DNA of 64,000 bases. Origin: Candidatus Parcubacteria bacterium (GTDB lineage: Bacteria; Patescibacteriota; Minisyncoccia; Phycocordibacterales; PALSA-1337). The notes under the pieces were generated by a model that worked only from the letters and a program-made list of their open reading frames with translations, did no database searches and was not told where the DNA came from. Position numbers and translations under genes: made by a program. Each line of letters opens with the position of its first letter. Position 1 is the stretch's first letter. The DNA lies in NCBI GenBank assembly GCA_039799225.1, contig JBDLTF010000002.1:36552-100551 (forward strand). Reading direction: 5' to 3'. Of the stretch, positions 36,985-45,980 are shown in pieces.

Positions 36985-37117
36985 GCCATCGCCGGAGAAG
37001 ACATTTCTCCCGAGATACATTCGCAGGAAATTTCTAGCAAGAAATTTTCGAGGACTAGAAAACCCGCTGCAGCGGGTTTTCGCGTATCTCGGGAGAAATG
37101 TCTTCTCCGGCGATGGC
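36985..37117. mobile_element. MITE-like palindromic element
   Basis: perfect 34-bp inverted repeats 36985-37018 and 37084-37117, two internal hairpins, flanked by GTA on both sides. Confidence 0.5.
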
Positions 37118-37122
37118 GTACT

Positions 37123-37530
37123 CTAGAGTATAGGAGCGCTCTGAACCTTCTTCTTGAGTGCGTACTTACCAGGACCAGTAGCAACTACAGCAAGAGCGAT
37201 GAGGAAGAGAACAATAACTGGCTGGGATGCAGCGAAGCCCTGCTGCATATGGACCGTGAAATACGCGGTTGCCATGATAATAGCGAGACCAACACCGAAG
37301 AAACGAGTGTATATACCGAGGAGCATAGCGACACCTCCAAGGGTCTCAACGATAGCAACGATCCAGGTAAGCCATGCGGGGATGCCTATGACTGCGAAGA
37401 ATCCGATAATATCATTTATCACCATAAGCTTGGCAACGCCAGCGAAGATGAATACTGTTGCAAGGGCGATGCGAACGAGCAGGATTCCGGCATCTTTGTT
37501 AAACCAAGATGGGTTATTTATGATTTTCAT
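37123..37530 (-). CDS. DoxX family protein
   Basis: LLVRIALATVFIFAGVAKL, VETLGG..MLLGIYTR, TGPGKYAL. Confidence 0.9.
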   Translation of the reverse strand: MKIINNPSWFNKDAGILLVRIALATVFIFAGVAKLMVINDIIGFFAVIGIPAWLTWIVAIVETLGGVAMLLGIYTRFFGVGLAIIMATAYFTVHMQQGFAASQPVIVLFLIALAVVATGPGKYALKKKVQSAPIL

Positions 37531-37615
37531 ACCTATGAATATATTAATACGCTGTTAAAGTAGTACCATTCTACATTTCTGCCTTACAAAAAGCCAACTC
37601 CGCAGGAAAAACTGT

Positions 37616-38389
37616 TTACTTCTCCGCCTTTGGCTTAGTTTGTACATCCCTCGCCGATTTCCTGTATGCACAATAGTCACAAGCCTTCGCAGGAGCGGGT
37701 GGCTTTTCTTGCATGAGACATTTCCTGATTTCAGGGAGCGTCTTGTCGACCCATGAATCATTTCCTGTATATGGAATGAGATCAATATCGAAATCGAGCT
37801 TGGCGTCGAATGCCTCGCGGTCAGTCTTACCGTTACAATAAACGAAATACCCTGTCGGAGAGACCTTGAATCCATTCTGGCGGAAGAGCCACTGATATAC
37901 TTCCATCTGACGCTTGTAGCCAATCTGCCATTCTTTGTCGAGAGAAACTTTCTCTTCCTTACTCGTGGACTTGTAGTCGACAATCATGACTTCGCCTGAG
38001 CTATCCACCCAGATATCATCGATAGCACCGGTTACCAGAAGATTGCTCGGCTCATGCACATACCTGATACCTTTGAAATTCGAGCGCCAAATATCGATAT
38101 CCTCATGCTGGAATGGTACAACGTCCTTGAGTCCGTACGCATGCATGAGTGGATGCGGGCGCTTCTTGGTGCGATGAATATCGAACTCTTTCTTGAGGAG
38201 TGCATCGACAGCGGAATTGAGTGCAAACGGGAATCCAGGTGGACGACCAACACCGAGCCTGCAATCGAGATAGAAACAGAGGGGGCAATTTAAGAAAAGG
38301 TCGATTTTGGAACGGCTCACCTTGAATGGCTCGTCGCTTGAGGGATCGAAGATATTACGCGTTCGGCGGGAATTGTAGTAGTCGGACAT
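37616..38389 (-). CDS. PD-(D/E)XK nuclease family protein (RecB/Cas4-like, solo)
   Basis: SRSKIDLFLNCPLCFY, GAIDDIW, IVDYKS, QMEVYQWL, CDYC. Confidence 0.88.
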   Translation of the reverse strand: MSDYYNSRRTRNIFDPSSDEPFKVSRSKIDLFLNCPLCFYLDCRLGVGRPPGFPFALNSAVDALLKKEFDIHRTKKRPHPLMHAYGLKDVVPFQHEDIDIWRSNFKGIRYVHEPSNLLVTGAIDDIWVDSSGEVMIVDYKSTSKEEKVSLDKEWQIGYKRQMEVYQWLFRQNGFKVSPTGYFVYCNGKTDREAFDAKLDFDIDLIPYTGNDSWVDKTLPEIRKCLMQEKPPAPAKACDYCAYRKSARDVQTKPKAEK

Positions 38390-38429
38390 GGGGTAAGTTT
38401 ACAGGTAAACATTGAATGAGGAAAGTTTG

Positions 38430-38458
38430 TTGACAATATTATATTTTAGTACTATAAT
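38430..38458 (+). promoter_or_regulatory. consensus sigma70 promoter of ORFan 38493
   Basis: TTGACA-N17-TATAAT, perfect match. Confidence 0.85.
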
Positions 38459-38492
38459 AATATAGAACAATCAACCAAGGAGTACGTAGGTT

Positions 38493-38747
38493 ATGCTATA
38501 CACATGCAGTGGAATTGAGAGCGATCCCCTCATTCGGTCGCAACTCGAGGAAAGACTCAAAGGAACATCCCTTCACAAAACAGTCTCATGGGTCACTATC
38601 CGCAAGGAATTCGTTGATGCAGGTAAATGTACCAATGATGTCCTGGTGGCCACAATGAATTCTATACTCATGCCATTTGGCATCGTAAGTGGCAAGGACA
38701 ACTGCTTCTGGAACGGTTTACAATTCGACTCAGAAACTGGGCATTAA
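38493..38747 (+). CDS. hypothetical protein (ORFan cassette)
   Basis: AAGGAG SD; terminator AAGACAGGTTCA-TTCGG-TGAACCTGTCTTTTTT. Confidence 0.65.
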   Translation: MLYTCSGIESDPLIRSQLEERLKGTSLHKTVSWVTIRKEFVDAGKCTNDVLVATMNSILMPFGIVSGKDNCFWNGLQFDSETGH

Positions 38748-38804
38748 GCATTCTGATTATCCATTTCAAGACAGGTTCATTCGGTGAACCTGTCTTTTTT
38801 ATTT

Positions 38805-39059
38805 CTAGATTGCCCTCTCCCTTTTAAGAATCTTCACCTTATTTGCCGCACCCCTATTGTATCCACCCGTTTTCCCGTCGCTCCTTATCACGCGATGACA
38901 CGGAATCTTCGGATCATAGTTCGTATTCAAGATATTCCCCACTGCGCGAGCCGCACGCGGATTCCCCGCCTTCTGCGCAACCTCCTTATACGTCAAAACC
39001 TTCCCTTTCGGAATTTTGCGGACGACTGAGAAAACTTTTTCCTTGAATGTCATAGTCAT
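38805..39059 (-). CDS. O6-alkylguanine-DNA alkyltransferase (MGMT) family protein, minimal domain
   Basis: IPKGKVLTY, ARAVG, IPCHRV with active-site Cys. Confidence 0.9.
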   Translation of the reverse strand: MTMTFKEKVFSVVRKIPKGKVLTYKEVAQKAGNPRAARAVGNILNTNYDPKIPCHRVIRSDGKTGGYNRGAANKVKILKRERAI

Positions 39060-39122
39060 AATTTAAGTGTACCACCGTCGTCGAGCCATGCAACAAAAAA
39101 GCCCCGTCAACCAATGATGGGG

Positions 39123-39473
39123 CTATGATTTTTTACTTTTCCTAATCTTTCCGGCACGACGCTTATCCTGACGACGGTATTTTTTAAGCTTGCAGTAGAA
39201 GGCTGTACCTTCGTGGTTTCCAATCTGTTGAAGAGGTAGTTCACGCTCCAGATCGAGACTCGCGACATCGAGAGCTTTGAGTTTCTCAACCATGCTAACT
39301 GGCTCAGAAGTATCGACGAGGCATATATCGCCTTCGTGAAGTTCTACCGTAACACCATCACCTTGTTCAATTACTTCCACCGAAGGATGCTTATTTAGGA
39401 GAGCACCCACAAGAATTCCGATGAGGTGTTGATTATGATTCTGTCCAACAATGATCACACGTTGTTTACTCAT
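39123..39473 (-). CDS. hypothetical protein with basic tail (ORFan cassette)
   Basis: TTGCTT-N17-TATAAT promoter at 39515-39543, GAAAGG SD-like sequence, terminator AGCCCC...GGGGCTTTTTT. Confidence 0.65.
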   Translation of the reverse strand: MSKQRVIIVGQNHNQHLIGILVGALLNKHPSVEVIEQGDGVTVELHEGDICLVDTSEPVSMVEKLKALDVASLDLERELPLQQIGNHEGTAFYCKLKKYRRQDKRRAGKIRKSKKS

Positions 39474-39580
39474 GCGAACCTTTCTCTTTGAGATAGTTTC
39501 AAATTTCTGAAGGTATTATACCACTAATATAGCAAAAAAGCAAGCTCTCGCCTGCTCTTTTGGTCATACTTTATGAGAAA

Positions 39581-40288
39581 TTATTTACTCGTAACAGTCA
39601 CCTTCTTCATGACCACATCAGAAGTCGGCCTATCTCCCGGACCAACATCTGTCGTCGCGATAGCATCGACAACATCCATTCCTGAAATGACGCGACCGAA
39701 GATGGTATATGCATTCGGCAATGGCGTATCTTTGTGCATGATGAAGAACTGAGAACCATTGGTGTTCGGACCTGCATTCGCCATAGCGACGGTGCCGCGG
39801 ACATATCCCTTCTTGAATGACTCCGTAGCAGGATTGAGCTCATCAGCAAACTTGTAGCCAGGGCCTCCACTACCAGTACCTGTTGGATCTCCTCCCTGAA
39901 TCATGAAACCTTCGATGACACGGTGGAAGATGACTCCGTTATAAAATCCTTTATTGGCGAGTGTGACGAAATTCTCGGAAGTCTTAGGAGCGTCAGCATC
40001 ATATGTTTCGAAGACGATGGTTCCTTTATTGGTTTCGATAGTGACTGTGTGCATGAGATTTTTGTTTTGGTTAGTAGTAGTGCTGGTAGTAGGAGTTTGC
40101 TCGCTCGTCGATGCTGATGGGTTACCAAGTGCAATCGCTGGAGTTTCTGTGGAAGATGCATCTGACACCTTCTCTGGAGCCGCCTCTGGTCTCGTCGACC
40201 ACCACTGTATGCCGGCAAGAATGACAACTATAACGACGACCAACGCAATCCATGGGAATTTTCCCGGGGTTTCTGGTGTTGTATCCAT
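39581..40288 (-). CDS. cyclophilin-type peptidyl-prolyl isomerase with N-terminal membrane anchor
   Basis: FYNGVIFHRVIEGFMIQGGDP, AMANAGPNTNGSQFFI, YTIFGRV. Confidence 0.93.
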   Translation of the reverse strand: MDTTPETPGKFPWIALVVVIVVILAGIQWWSTRPEAAPEKVSDASSTETPAIALGNPSASTSEQTPTTSTTTNQNKNLMHTVTIETNKGTIVFETYDADAPKTSENFVTLANKGFYNGVIFHRVIEGFMIQGGDPTGTGSGGPGYKFADELNPATESFKKGYVRGTVAMANAGPNTNGSQFFIMHKDTPLPNAYTIFGRVISGMDVVDAIATTDVGPGDRPTSDVVMKKVTVTSK

Positions 40289-40316
40289 AATGATGAATTA
40301 AAATTACTTTTTGAGC

Positions 40317-41333
40317 TTACAGATTATAAAGCTCTTTTATCTTGTCGACAACTTTTTGCTTGGCTTCTGCGAGCGGCAGTGAAATAAGCGTACCTGCAGC
40401 GGCGCGATGTCCTCCGCCACCAAAAGCTGCCGCCAAAGCTGAAACATCGAACTTATTTGCATCCTTGGAACGGAAGCTCGCACGCACCATGCCCGGCTCC
40501 GCTTCAACGAGAGCACCGACGACATCAAACTCACCAACTGTACGCAAGACAGATGAGACTGATCCTGCACTCACACTTTCATCTGAGACACCTTTCTCTT
40601 TGAGAGCCTCGTATGGAACCGCGGAGAGGCCAACTTTTCCTCCAAGCACAGGTTCGAGTGATGCGAGCGCGAGTCCTTTGAAATGCATATCGCTCACTGT
40701 ATTACTGTTCTCCATACCAGCAATAACACCTGAAAATCCTGGACAGATAGTAACCAACTGCGCCGCTATTTCAAATGACTTTGGGGTAACGCTCGTAAAT
40801 TTGAAACCGCCAGTATCAGTATAGAGACCCATGAATAAGTTCGCGGCCATATCAGAAGTAATGTTGATATTCCATTCCTTGAAAAGGTCGAAGAGTATTT
40901 GCGCTGTCGCCGGATATGAAGACTCAATAAGATTGACCGCACCAAAACCAGGATTCGTCGGATGATGATCTATGTCGACAACCGTCATGGATGCAGGAAA
41001 TTCAACGGTACCGGCTGTAGATACTCTGCCGAGTGCAGCAGTATCGAGACAGAGGAACAAGTCGAACTCCGAAAGATCAATCTCAAAGAAATTCTTCATC
41101 ACAATATCCTTTGCTCCAGGAAAATGCATGAATGCCTGAGGAATATCAGAGTCACCTTTGATAACAGTCGCCTTCTTACCGAGTTGCTCAACGGCAAATT
41201 TCATAGCCAGAGCGGATCCGACACTATCAGGATCGGGTGATGGATGACAATGGAGCAGTATTGATTTCGCCTTCTGGATCTCGGTGAGAATAAGGGGGGC
41301 CTTCTCGCGAATGAGCGGGGTTGTTTGATTCAT
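40317..41333 (-). CDS. DHH/DHHA1 phosphoesterase (NrnA-like)
   Basis: HPSPDPDSVGS, DIDHH, YTDTGGF, GGGGHRAAAG. Confidence 0.92.
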   Translation of the reverse strand: MNQTTPLIREKAPLILTEIQKAKSILLHCHPSPDPDSVGSALAMKFAVEQLGKKATVIKGDSDIPQAFMHFPGAKDIVMKNFFEIDLSEFDLFLCLDTAALGRVSTAGTVEFPASMTVVDIDHHPTNPGFGAVNLIESSYPATAQILFDLFKEWNINITSDMAANLFMGLYTDTGGFKFTSVTPKSFEIAAQLVTICPGFSGVIAGMENSNTVSDMHFKGLALASLEPVLGGKVGLSAVPYEALKEKGVSDESVSAGSVSSVLRTVGEFDVVGALVEAEPGMVRASFRSKDANKFDVSALAAAFGGGGHRAAAGTLISLPLAEAKQKVVDKIKELYNL

Positions 41334-41353
41334 ATATGGTCACTATCCTAACA

Positions 41354-41830
41354 TTACTTGAAGAAGACGGGTATCTCTGCAGATTTGTCTCGTGCAGGCT
41401 CGCCTGACGGATTGTCATTCTTGAGAATAAGGAATCCGCGACGACCGAATGCGTCAGCGTTGGCAGGAACTGAGAATTCAAGTACTGCCTGGAATGGTAC
41501 GAACTCTGTCGTCATCCATTCTGTCTGAGCTTCAGCGTGCCCTTCAGCAATAATGAGACCATCTCCATCGGTGAGCAGTACGGGGAAGCTTGCCTCGAAA
41601 TACCATGGACCGCGTGCCTCGCCCGTGATGCGGAACGGTGAAGTGATAGCGTCTCCGGGCATAACTGAGATGTTTCGTATGTCATTTGCAGTCGCACCTC
41701 CACTATATGATACGAGCAATACTGTGCGCAGATCAGCTGGAGCGAATACCGACTTCTTAACCGCGAGAAATGCGATTGCCAGCACAATGACGACAACCAC
41801 GATAGATATGATGATCTTGGTGTATTTCAT
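41354..41830 (-). CDS. Gmad2 immunoglobulin-like domain protein
   Basis: GEARGPWYFEASFPV, WMTTEFVPF, LKNDNPSG. Confidence 0.85.
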   Translation of the reverse strand: MKYTKIIISIVVVVIVLAIAFLAVKKSVFAPADLRTVLLVSYSGGATANDIRNISVMPGDAITSPFRITGEARGPWYFEASFPVLLTDGDGLIIAEGHAEAQTEWMTTEFVPFQAVLEFSVPANADAFGRRGFLILKNDNPSGEPARDKSAEIPVFFK

Positions 41831-41868
41831 AGTTACAATCTACCATATTCCATGCTATATTTGTGGGC

Positions 41869-43284
41869 ATGAAAAGAACCTATATCAAAGACCTCAAGGA
41901 CCATATTGGATCCGAAGCGTCAATTTCCGGCTGGGTAGATATCCGCCGCGACCACGGCAAGCTTATCTTCATCGACTTCCGTGATATGACCGGCAAGGTG
42001 CAGTCCATCGCTCTCCCTATGAATAAGGAGGCTCATGAGGTCGCAGGCAAGATTCGCCCTGAATGGGTCGTTCGTGCCACCGGAATGATCAACAAGAGAC
42101 CTGAGAAGATGATCTCCAAGAATAAGGAAACCGGCGAAATAGAGCCAAATGGCGATATTGAACTCGAACTCAAGAAGCTTGAAATATTGAACGAAGCTGA
42201 GACTCCAGCTATCGATGTGCGCAGTGATGGCATGGAAATCGGTGAAGAGGCTCGCCTCAAGTATCGCTACCTCGACTTGCGCCGTCCACGAATGCAGAAG
42301 ACTATTCGCGTCCGCCACAAGATCATCAAGCATGTCCGTGATTTCTTGGACAACGAAGGATTCACTGAGATCGAAACTCCTATCCTCACCAAGTCGACTC
42401 CCGAAGGAGCTCGCGACTATGTTGTACCTTCTCGTCTCGAACAGGGCAAATTCTACGCACTTCCTCAGTCTCCTCAGCAGTACAAACAGCTCCTCATGAC
42501 CTCAGGTTTCGAGAAGTATTTCCAGATCGCTCGCTGTTTCCGCGATGAAGACACCCGCTCTGATCGTCAGCCAGAGTTCACACAGATGGACCTTGAGATG
42601 AGCTTCGTCGAGCGCGAAGATGTCATGGCTGTAAATGAGGCTATGCTCATCGAGATTGTCACCAAGCTCTTCCCTGAAAAGAAAATTCAAGCTGTTCCTT
42701 TCCCACGCATCACTTACAAGGAAGCTATGGAGAAGTACGGCAACGATCGTCCTGATATCCGCACTGACAAGAATGATCCAAACTTGCTCGCCTTCTGCTG
42801 GGTCATTGATTTTCCATTCTTCGAAAAGACTGAGGAGGGTGGTTGGACATTCACGCACAACCCATTCTCAGCTCCTAAGCCTGAGCACATGGAGATGCTC
42901 ATGAATAAGAAAGATATCGGCGACATCCTCACGACTCAGTACGATATCGCACTCAATGGATTTGAGATTGGTGGTGGAAGCATTCGCAACCACAACCCTG
43001 AAGCTCTCAAGAGAGTTTTTGAAATCATGGGATACCCTGCAGAGACTATCGAAGCAAACTTCGGTCACATGCTCCGCGCACTCGGCTCCGGAACTCCTCC
43101 ACACGGTGGTATCGCTTGGGGTCTCGATCGTTTCGTCGCTCTTCTCACCAACAGTGAATCTATCCGCGAGACTATCGCATTCGCCAAGACTGGTGAAGGT
43201 CGTGACCTCATGATGGAAGCTCCGTCAGATATCTCAGAAAAACAGTGGAAAGAGCTTGGTATAGAGATTAGGAAGAAGAAATAG
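41869..43284 (+). CDS. aspS: aspartate-tRNA ligase lacking the GAD insertion domain
   Basis: RRDHGKLIFID, RLKYRYLDLRR, STPEGARDY, LPQSPQ, CFRDED.RSDRQPEFTQ, PPHGGIAWGLDR. Confidence 0.95.
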   Translation: MKRTYIKDLKDHIGSEASISGWVDIRRDHGKLIFIDFRDMTGKVQSIALPMNKEAHEVAGKIRPEWVVRATGMINKRPEKMISKNKETGEIEPNGDIELELKKLEILNEAETPAIDVRSDGMEIGEEARLKYRYLDLRRPRMQKTIRVRHKIIKHVRDFLDNEGFTEIETPILTKSTPEGARDYVVPSRLEQGKFYALPQSPQQYKQLLMTSGFEKYFQIARCFRDEDTRSDRQPEFTQMDLEMSFVEREDVMAVNEAMLIEIVTKLFPEKKIQAVPFPRITYKEAMEKYGNDRPDIRTDKNDPNLLAFCWVIDFPFFEKTEEGGWTFTHNPFSAPKPEHMEMLMNKKDIGDILTTQYDIALNGFEIGGGSIRNHNPEALKRVFEIMGYPAETIEANFGHMLRALGSGTPPHGGIAWGLDRFVALLTNSESIRETIAFAKTGEGRDLMMEAPSDISEKQWKELGIEIRKKK

Positions 43285-43316
43285 GTCGTCAAAAAATCCC
43301 GCCATCAACGGGTTTT

Positions 43317-43694
43317 TTATTTCCCCTCCTCAAGATCCAAACACACCGAATTCAAACAATATCTCTTCCCCGTCTTCGTCGGACCATCATTGAACATATG
43401 TCCAAGATGCGAACCACAGGTAGCACAAACTATTTCGGTACGATTCATACCCTGTGAATCATCGACGATCTCTTTCACTGATCCAGGCAAAGCTTGATCA
43501 AATGACGGCCACCCAGTTCCGGAATCAAATTTCGCATCAGATGAAAATAATTTTGATCCACACACTTTGCAGGTATACATTCCGGTACGGTCATCGTGCA
43601 ACAACTTTCCCGAGAAAGGTGCTTCCGTTCCTTTTTCGCGGAGCACATGATACTCCTCAGGTGTCAGTTTCTTTTTGATCTCATCTTCATTCAT
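43317..43694 (-). CDS. msrB: peptide-methionine (R)-S-oxide reductase
   Basis: [33 protein letters not shown]. Confidence 0.95.
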   Translation of the reverse strand: MNEDEIKKKLTPEEYHVLREKGTEAPFSGKLLHDDRTGMYTCKVCGSKLFSSDAKFDSGTGWPSFDQALPGSVKEIVDDSQGMNRTEIVCATCGSHLGHMFNDGPTKTGKRYCLNSVCLDLEEGK

Positions 43695-43707
43695 ATATTC
43701 TTTGAGA

Positions 43708-44253
43708 TTATTTCTTCAATAATTCTGCAAACCTCTTTTCGAGCTTTTCCAATTTCGGCGCAATGACAAGCTGACAGTACGGCTGATCAGAATGATTCTT
43801 GTAATATTCTTGATGATATCCTTCTGCTTCATAGAATGTTCCAAGCGGCTTCACTTCAGTAACAATCGGCGTGTCGTACGATTTCGTACTATCCAATTCT
43901 TTGATGAGAGCTTCTGCTTTCTCTTTCTGCTCATCATCTGAATAGAAAATTGCTGAACGATATTGCGTACCAACATCATTGCCTTGCCTATTCAATGTCG
44001 TCGGATTGTGAGTATTGAAAAACACAACAAGAAGATCATCATACGCTATTGCCGAAGAATCATATTCAATCTTGATTGCCTCGGCGTGACCAGTGTCCCC
44101 ATTTGAAACCTGTTCATACGTAGGATTCTCAAGTGCACCTCCTGTATATCCTGATTTCACTGAGACGACACCTTTCAACGAGGAGAAAACTGCCTCTGTG
44201 CACCAGAAACATCCATTCGCGAAAACGGCGACCTTGTTTCGTTGAGATTCCAT
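43708..44253 (-). CDS. msrA: peptide-methionine (S)-S-oxide reductase
   Basis: [37 protein letters not shown]. Confidence 0.95.
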   Translation of the reverse strand: MESQRNKVAVFANGCFWCTEAVFSSLKGVVSVKSGYTGGALENPTYEQVSNGDTGHAEAIKIEYDSSAIAYDDLLVVFFNTHNPTTLNRQGNDVGTQYRSAIFYSDDEQKEKAEALIKELDSTKSYDTPIVTEVKPLGTFYEAEGYHQEYYKNHSDQPYCQLVIAPKLEKLEKRFAELLKK

Positions 44254-44305
44254 ATCCACGATTATACCACTAAGCATTTGCCCTTGCCGATGCTACAATG
44301 CCCCT

Positions 44306-44473
44306 ATGGATCAACGTCACCTTATATGGATAGGAATGGCCGTGGGATCAGCCATTGGAGGCTGGATTCCCGCGCTTTGGGACGCTGGAATGCTCTCGAT
44401 GTCAGGAATCCTCGGCAGTATGATCGGCGGATTCGTCGGAATATTCATCGGTCTCAAGCTCGCAAACTGGTAA
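44306..44473 (+). CDS. 55-aa Gly-rich two-TM protein (not in ORF track)
   Basis: MDQRHLIWIGMAVGSAIGGWIPALWDAGMLSMSGILGSMIGGFVGIFIGLKLANW*; TGcTACAAT 6 nt before the ATG; terminator follows. Confidence 0.75.
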   Translation: MDQRHLIWIGMAVGSAIGGWIPALWDAGMLSMSGILGSMIGGFVGIFIGLKLANW

Positions 44474-44531
44474 ACAAAAACACCCCTTCATAAATGATGG
44501 GGTGTTTTTCACATATTCACAACGTGAAGCA

Positions 44532-44642
44532 TTAGCGCTTCTTGGTGTGCTTGTGTGCAAGGCGCGCACGCTTCGCGAGGACACGCTTCTTCGTCTTGCG
44601 TGAACGTGATGCCTTCTTTTGAACTGATGCTCTTTTTGCCAT
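44532..44642 (-). CDS. 36-aa Lys/Arg-rich peptide (not in ORF track)
   Basis: MAKRASVQKKASRSRKTKKRVLAKRARLAHKHTKKR*; TGgTATAGT 9 nt upstream; AAG/CGT/CGC codons like the highly expressed genes. Confidence 0.75.
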   Translation of the reverse strand: MAKRASVQKKASRSRKTKKRVLAKRARLAHKHTKKR

Positions 44643-44717
44643 GATGGAGACACTATACCACAACCCAGAGAATTATCCAAAGAAAAAACGCACCTTATGA
44701 GCGCGTTTTTCCGGAGA

Positions 44718-44801
44718 TTATTTTCTCTTCTTGGAAGTCTTCTTTTTCTTTGAAGCCTTCTTCGACGCCTTCTTGGCGACCTTTCTCTTTTTCTTTGCCA
44801 T
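44718..44801 (-). CDS. 27-aa Lys-rich peptide (not in ORF track)
   Basis: MAKKKRKVAKKASKKASKKKKTSKKRK*; TATAAT upstream, terminator near 44682-44710. Confidence 0.7.
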   Translation of the reverse strand: MAKKKRKVAKKASKKASKKKKTSKKRK

Positions 44802-44946
44802 GATAGTGTTGAGCTATATTACGACTGCCAATGCTCGACCGCTATTCATTATAGAACATGCACGCATGAATGCGAGCGATTTTTTGTAAAACTGTGTATA
44901 ACTTTCTGTCGCAGAATTTTTTCGCACACAATGTTATCATGCAAAT

Positions 44947-45513
44947 ATGGAAACGACCGACGAACAACTTGCAGAGCGGAGCGCTCGCGGTGATGACGAT
45001 GCATTTCAAGAAATCGTGCGACGCTATCTCGGATCGATCTATCGATTCGCATTCCAATACGCGCGCACTGAAGAAGATGCAGAAGATATCGCGCAAGATT
45101 CTTTTTTCAAAGCGTGGAAGTACATCAAGCGTTACAAAAAAGGTCGTCCACTCAAACCATGGCTCTTCACTATTGCGCGCAACACTGCGCTTGATTTCCT
45201 CAAGAAGAAACGGCCTCTCACATTTTCGTCTATTAAAAATGGTGAGGATACCACTCCTTTCGAGGATACCCTCGAAGACACTGAACTGTTACAGACCGAT
45301 TTATTCGAACGTGCCGAGTCAAAAGAGGAACTCTTGAAACTCCTCGATACACTGCATCCAGACCACCGTTCAGTACTCACCCTCTATTATCATGAGGAGC
45401 TTACTTTCGAGGAGATTGCCGAGACTCTCGAGAGACCTATGAATACCGTCAAAAGCTGGCACCGACGTGCGCTTATCAAGATCCGAGGACTCTTGCACCA
45501 AAAGGGTCTTTAA
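44947..45513 (+). CDS. ECF-family RNA polymerase sigma factor
   Basis: DAEDIAQDSFFKAW, PWLFTIARNTALD, EEIAETLERPMNTVKSW. Confidence 0.93.
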   Translation: METTDEQLAERSARGDDDAFQEIVRRYLGSIYRFAFQYARTEEDAEDIAQDSFFKAWKYIKRYKKGRPLKPWLFTIARNTALDFLKKKRPLTFSSIKNGEDTTPFEDTLEDTELLQTDLFERAESKEELLKLLDTLHPDHRSVLTLYYHEELTFEEIAETLERPMNTVKSWHRRALIKIRGLLHQKGL

Positions 45514-45534
45514 TATCGTATATACCCTATAACC

Positions 45535-45945
45535 ATGGATGATTCTTATAAAAAGATCGTAATCTCTCTCGAGACTCCACGCCCTTCAAGAGACTTGGCA
45601 GACCGTATCAGCACACGTATCGTACGCGCCCGCATCGTGAAAAATCGCATCAGTGTCTCTTTGCACGGAGCTGTTGCAGTCGGATCAATGGTTATGTTTG
45701 TTACCGCACTCCAATACACAAGTACCGAAGCGAGTCAGTCAGGATTCTATGACTATATGTCGCTCTTGGTTTCCGATGGTAGATATCTAATCTCAAGTTG
45801 GAAGGAAGTTTCAATCACTATCCTCGAGTCTGCCCCAATCTTGGGCGCAGCACTCTCTGTTGGAACATTGATCATACTGACCAATGCAGTTCGCCGCGGT
45901 GCTCGATACATCGCTCCGACGAAATCATCACTCATACGTGCATAA
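45535..45945 (+). CDS. membrane protein, putative anti-sigma factor
   Basis: directly after the ECF sigma; short cytoplasmic N-terminus and two TM helices. Confidence 0.55.
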   Translation: MDDSYKKIVISLETPRPSRDLADRISTRIVRARIVKNRISVSLHGAVAVGSMVMFVTALQYTSTEASQSGFYDYMSLLVSDGRYLISSWKEVSITILESAPILGAALSVGTLIILTNAVRRGARYIAPTKSSLIRA

Positions 45946-45980
45946 GGTACCGTTCCAGCTATCAACCCTTAACTATTTCT

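Noticed and set aside
37616-38389. Calling the nuclease a CRISPR cas4
   Set aside because: No cas1/cas2 or array nearby; solo PD-(D/E)XK proteins are common.
44242-44680. ORF-track calls 44242..44493 (+) and 44402..44680 (-)
   Set aside because: Wrong frames; the shorter 44306..44473 and 44532..44642 frames have promoters, terminators and coherent composition.
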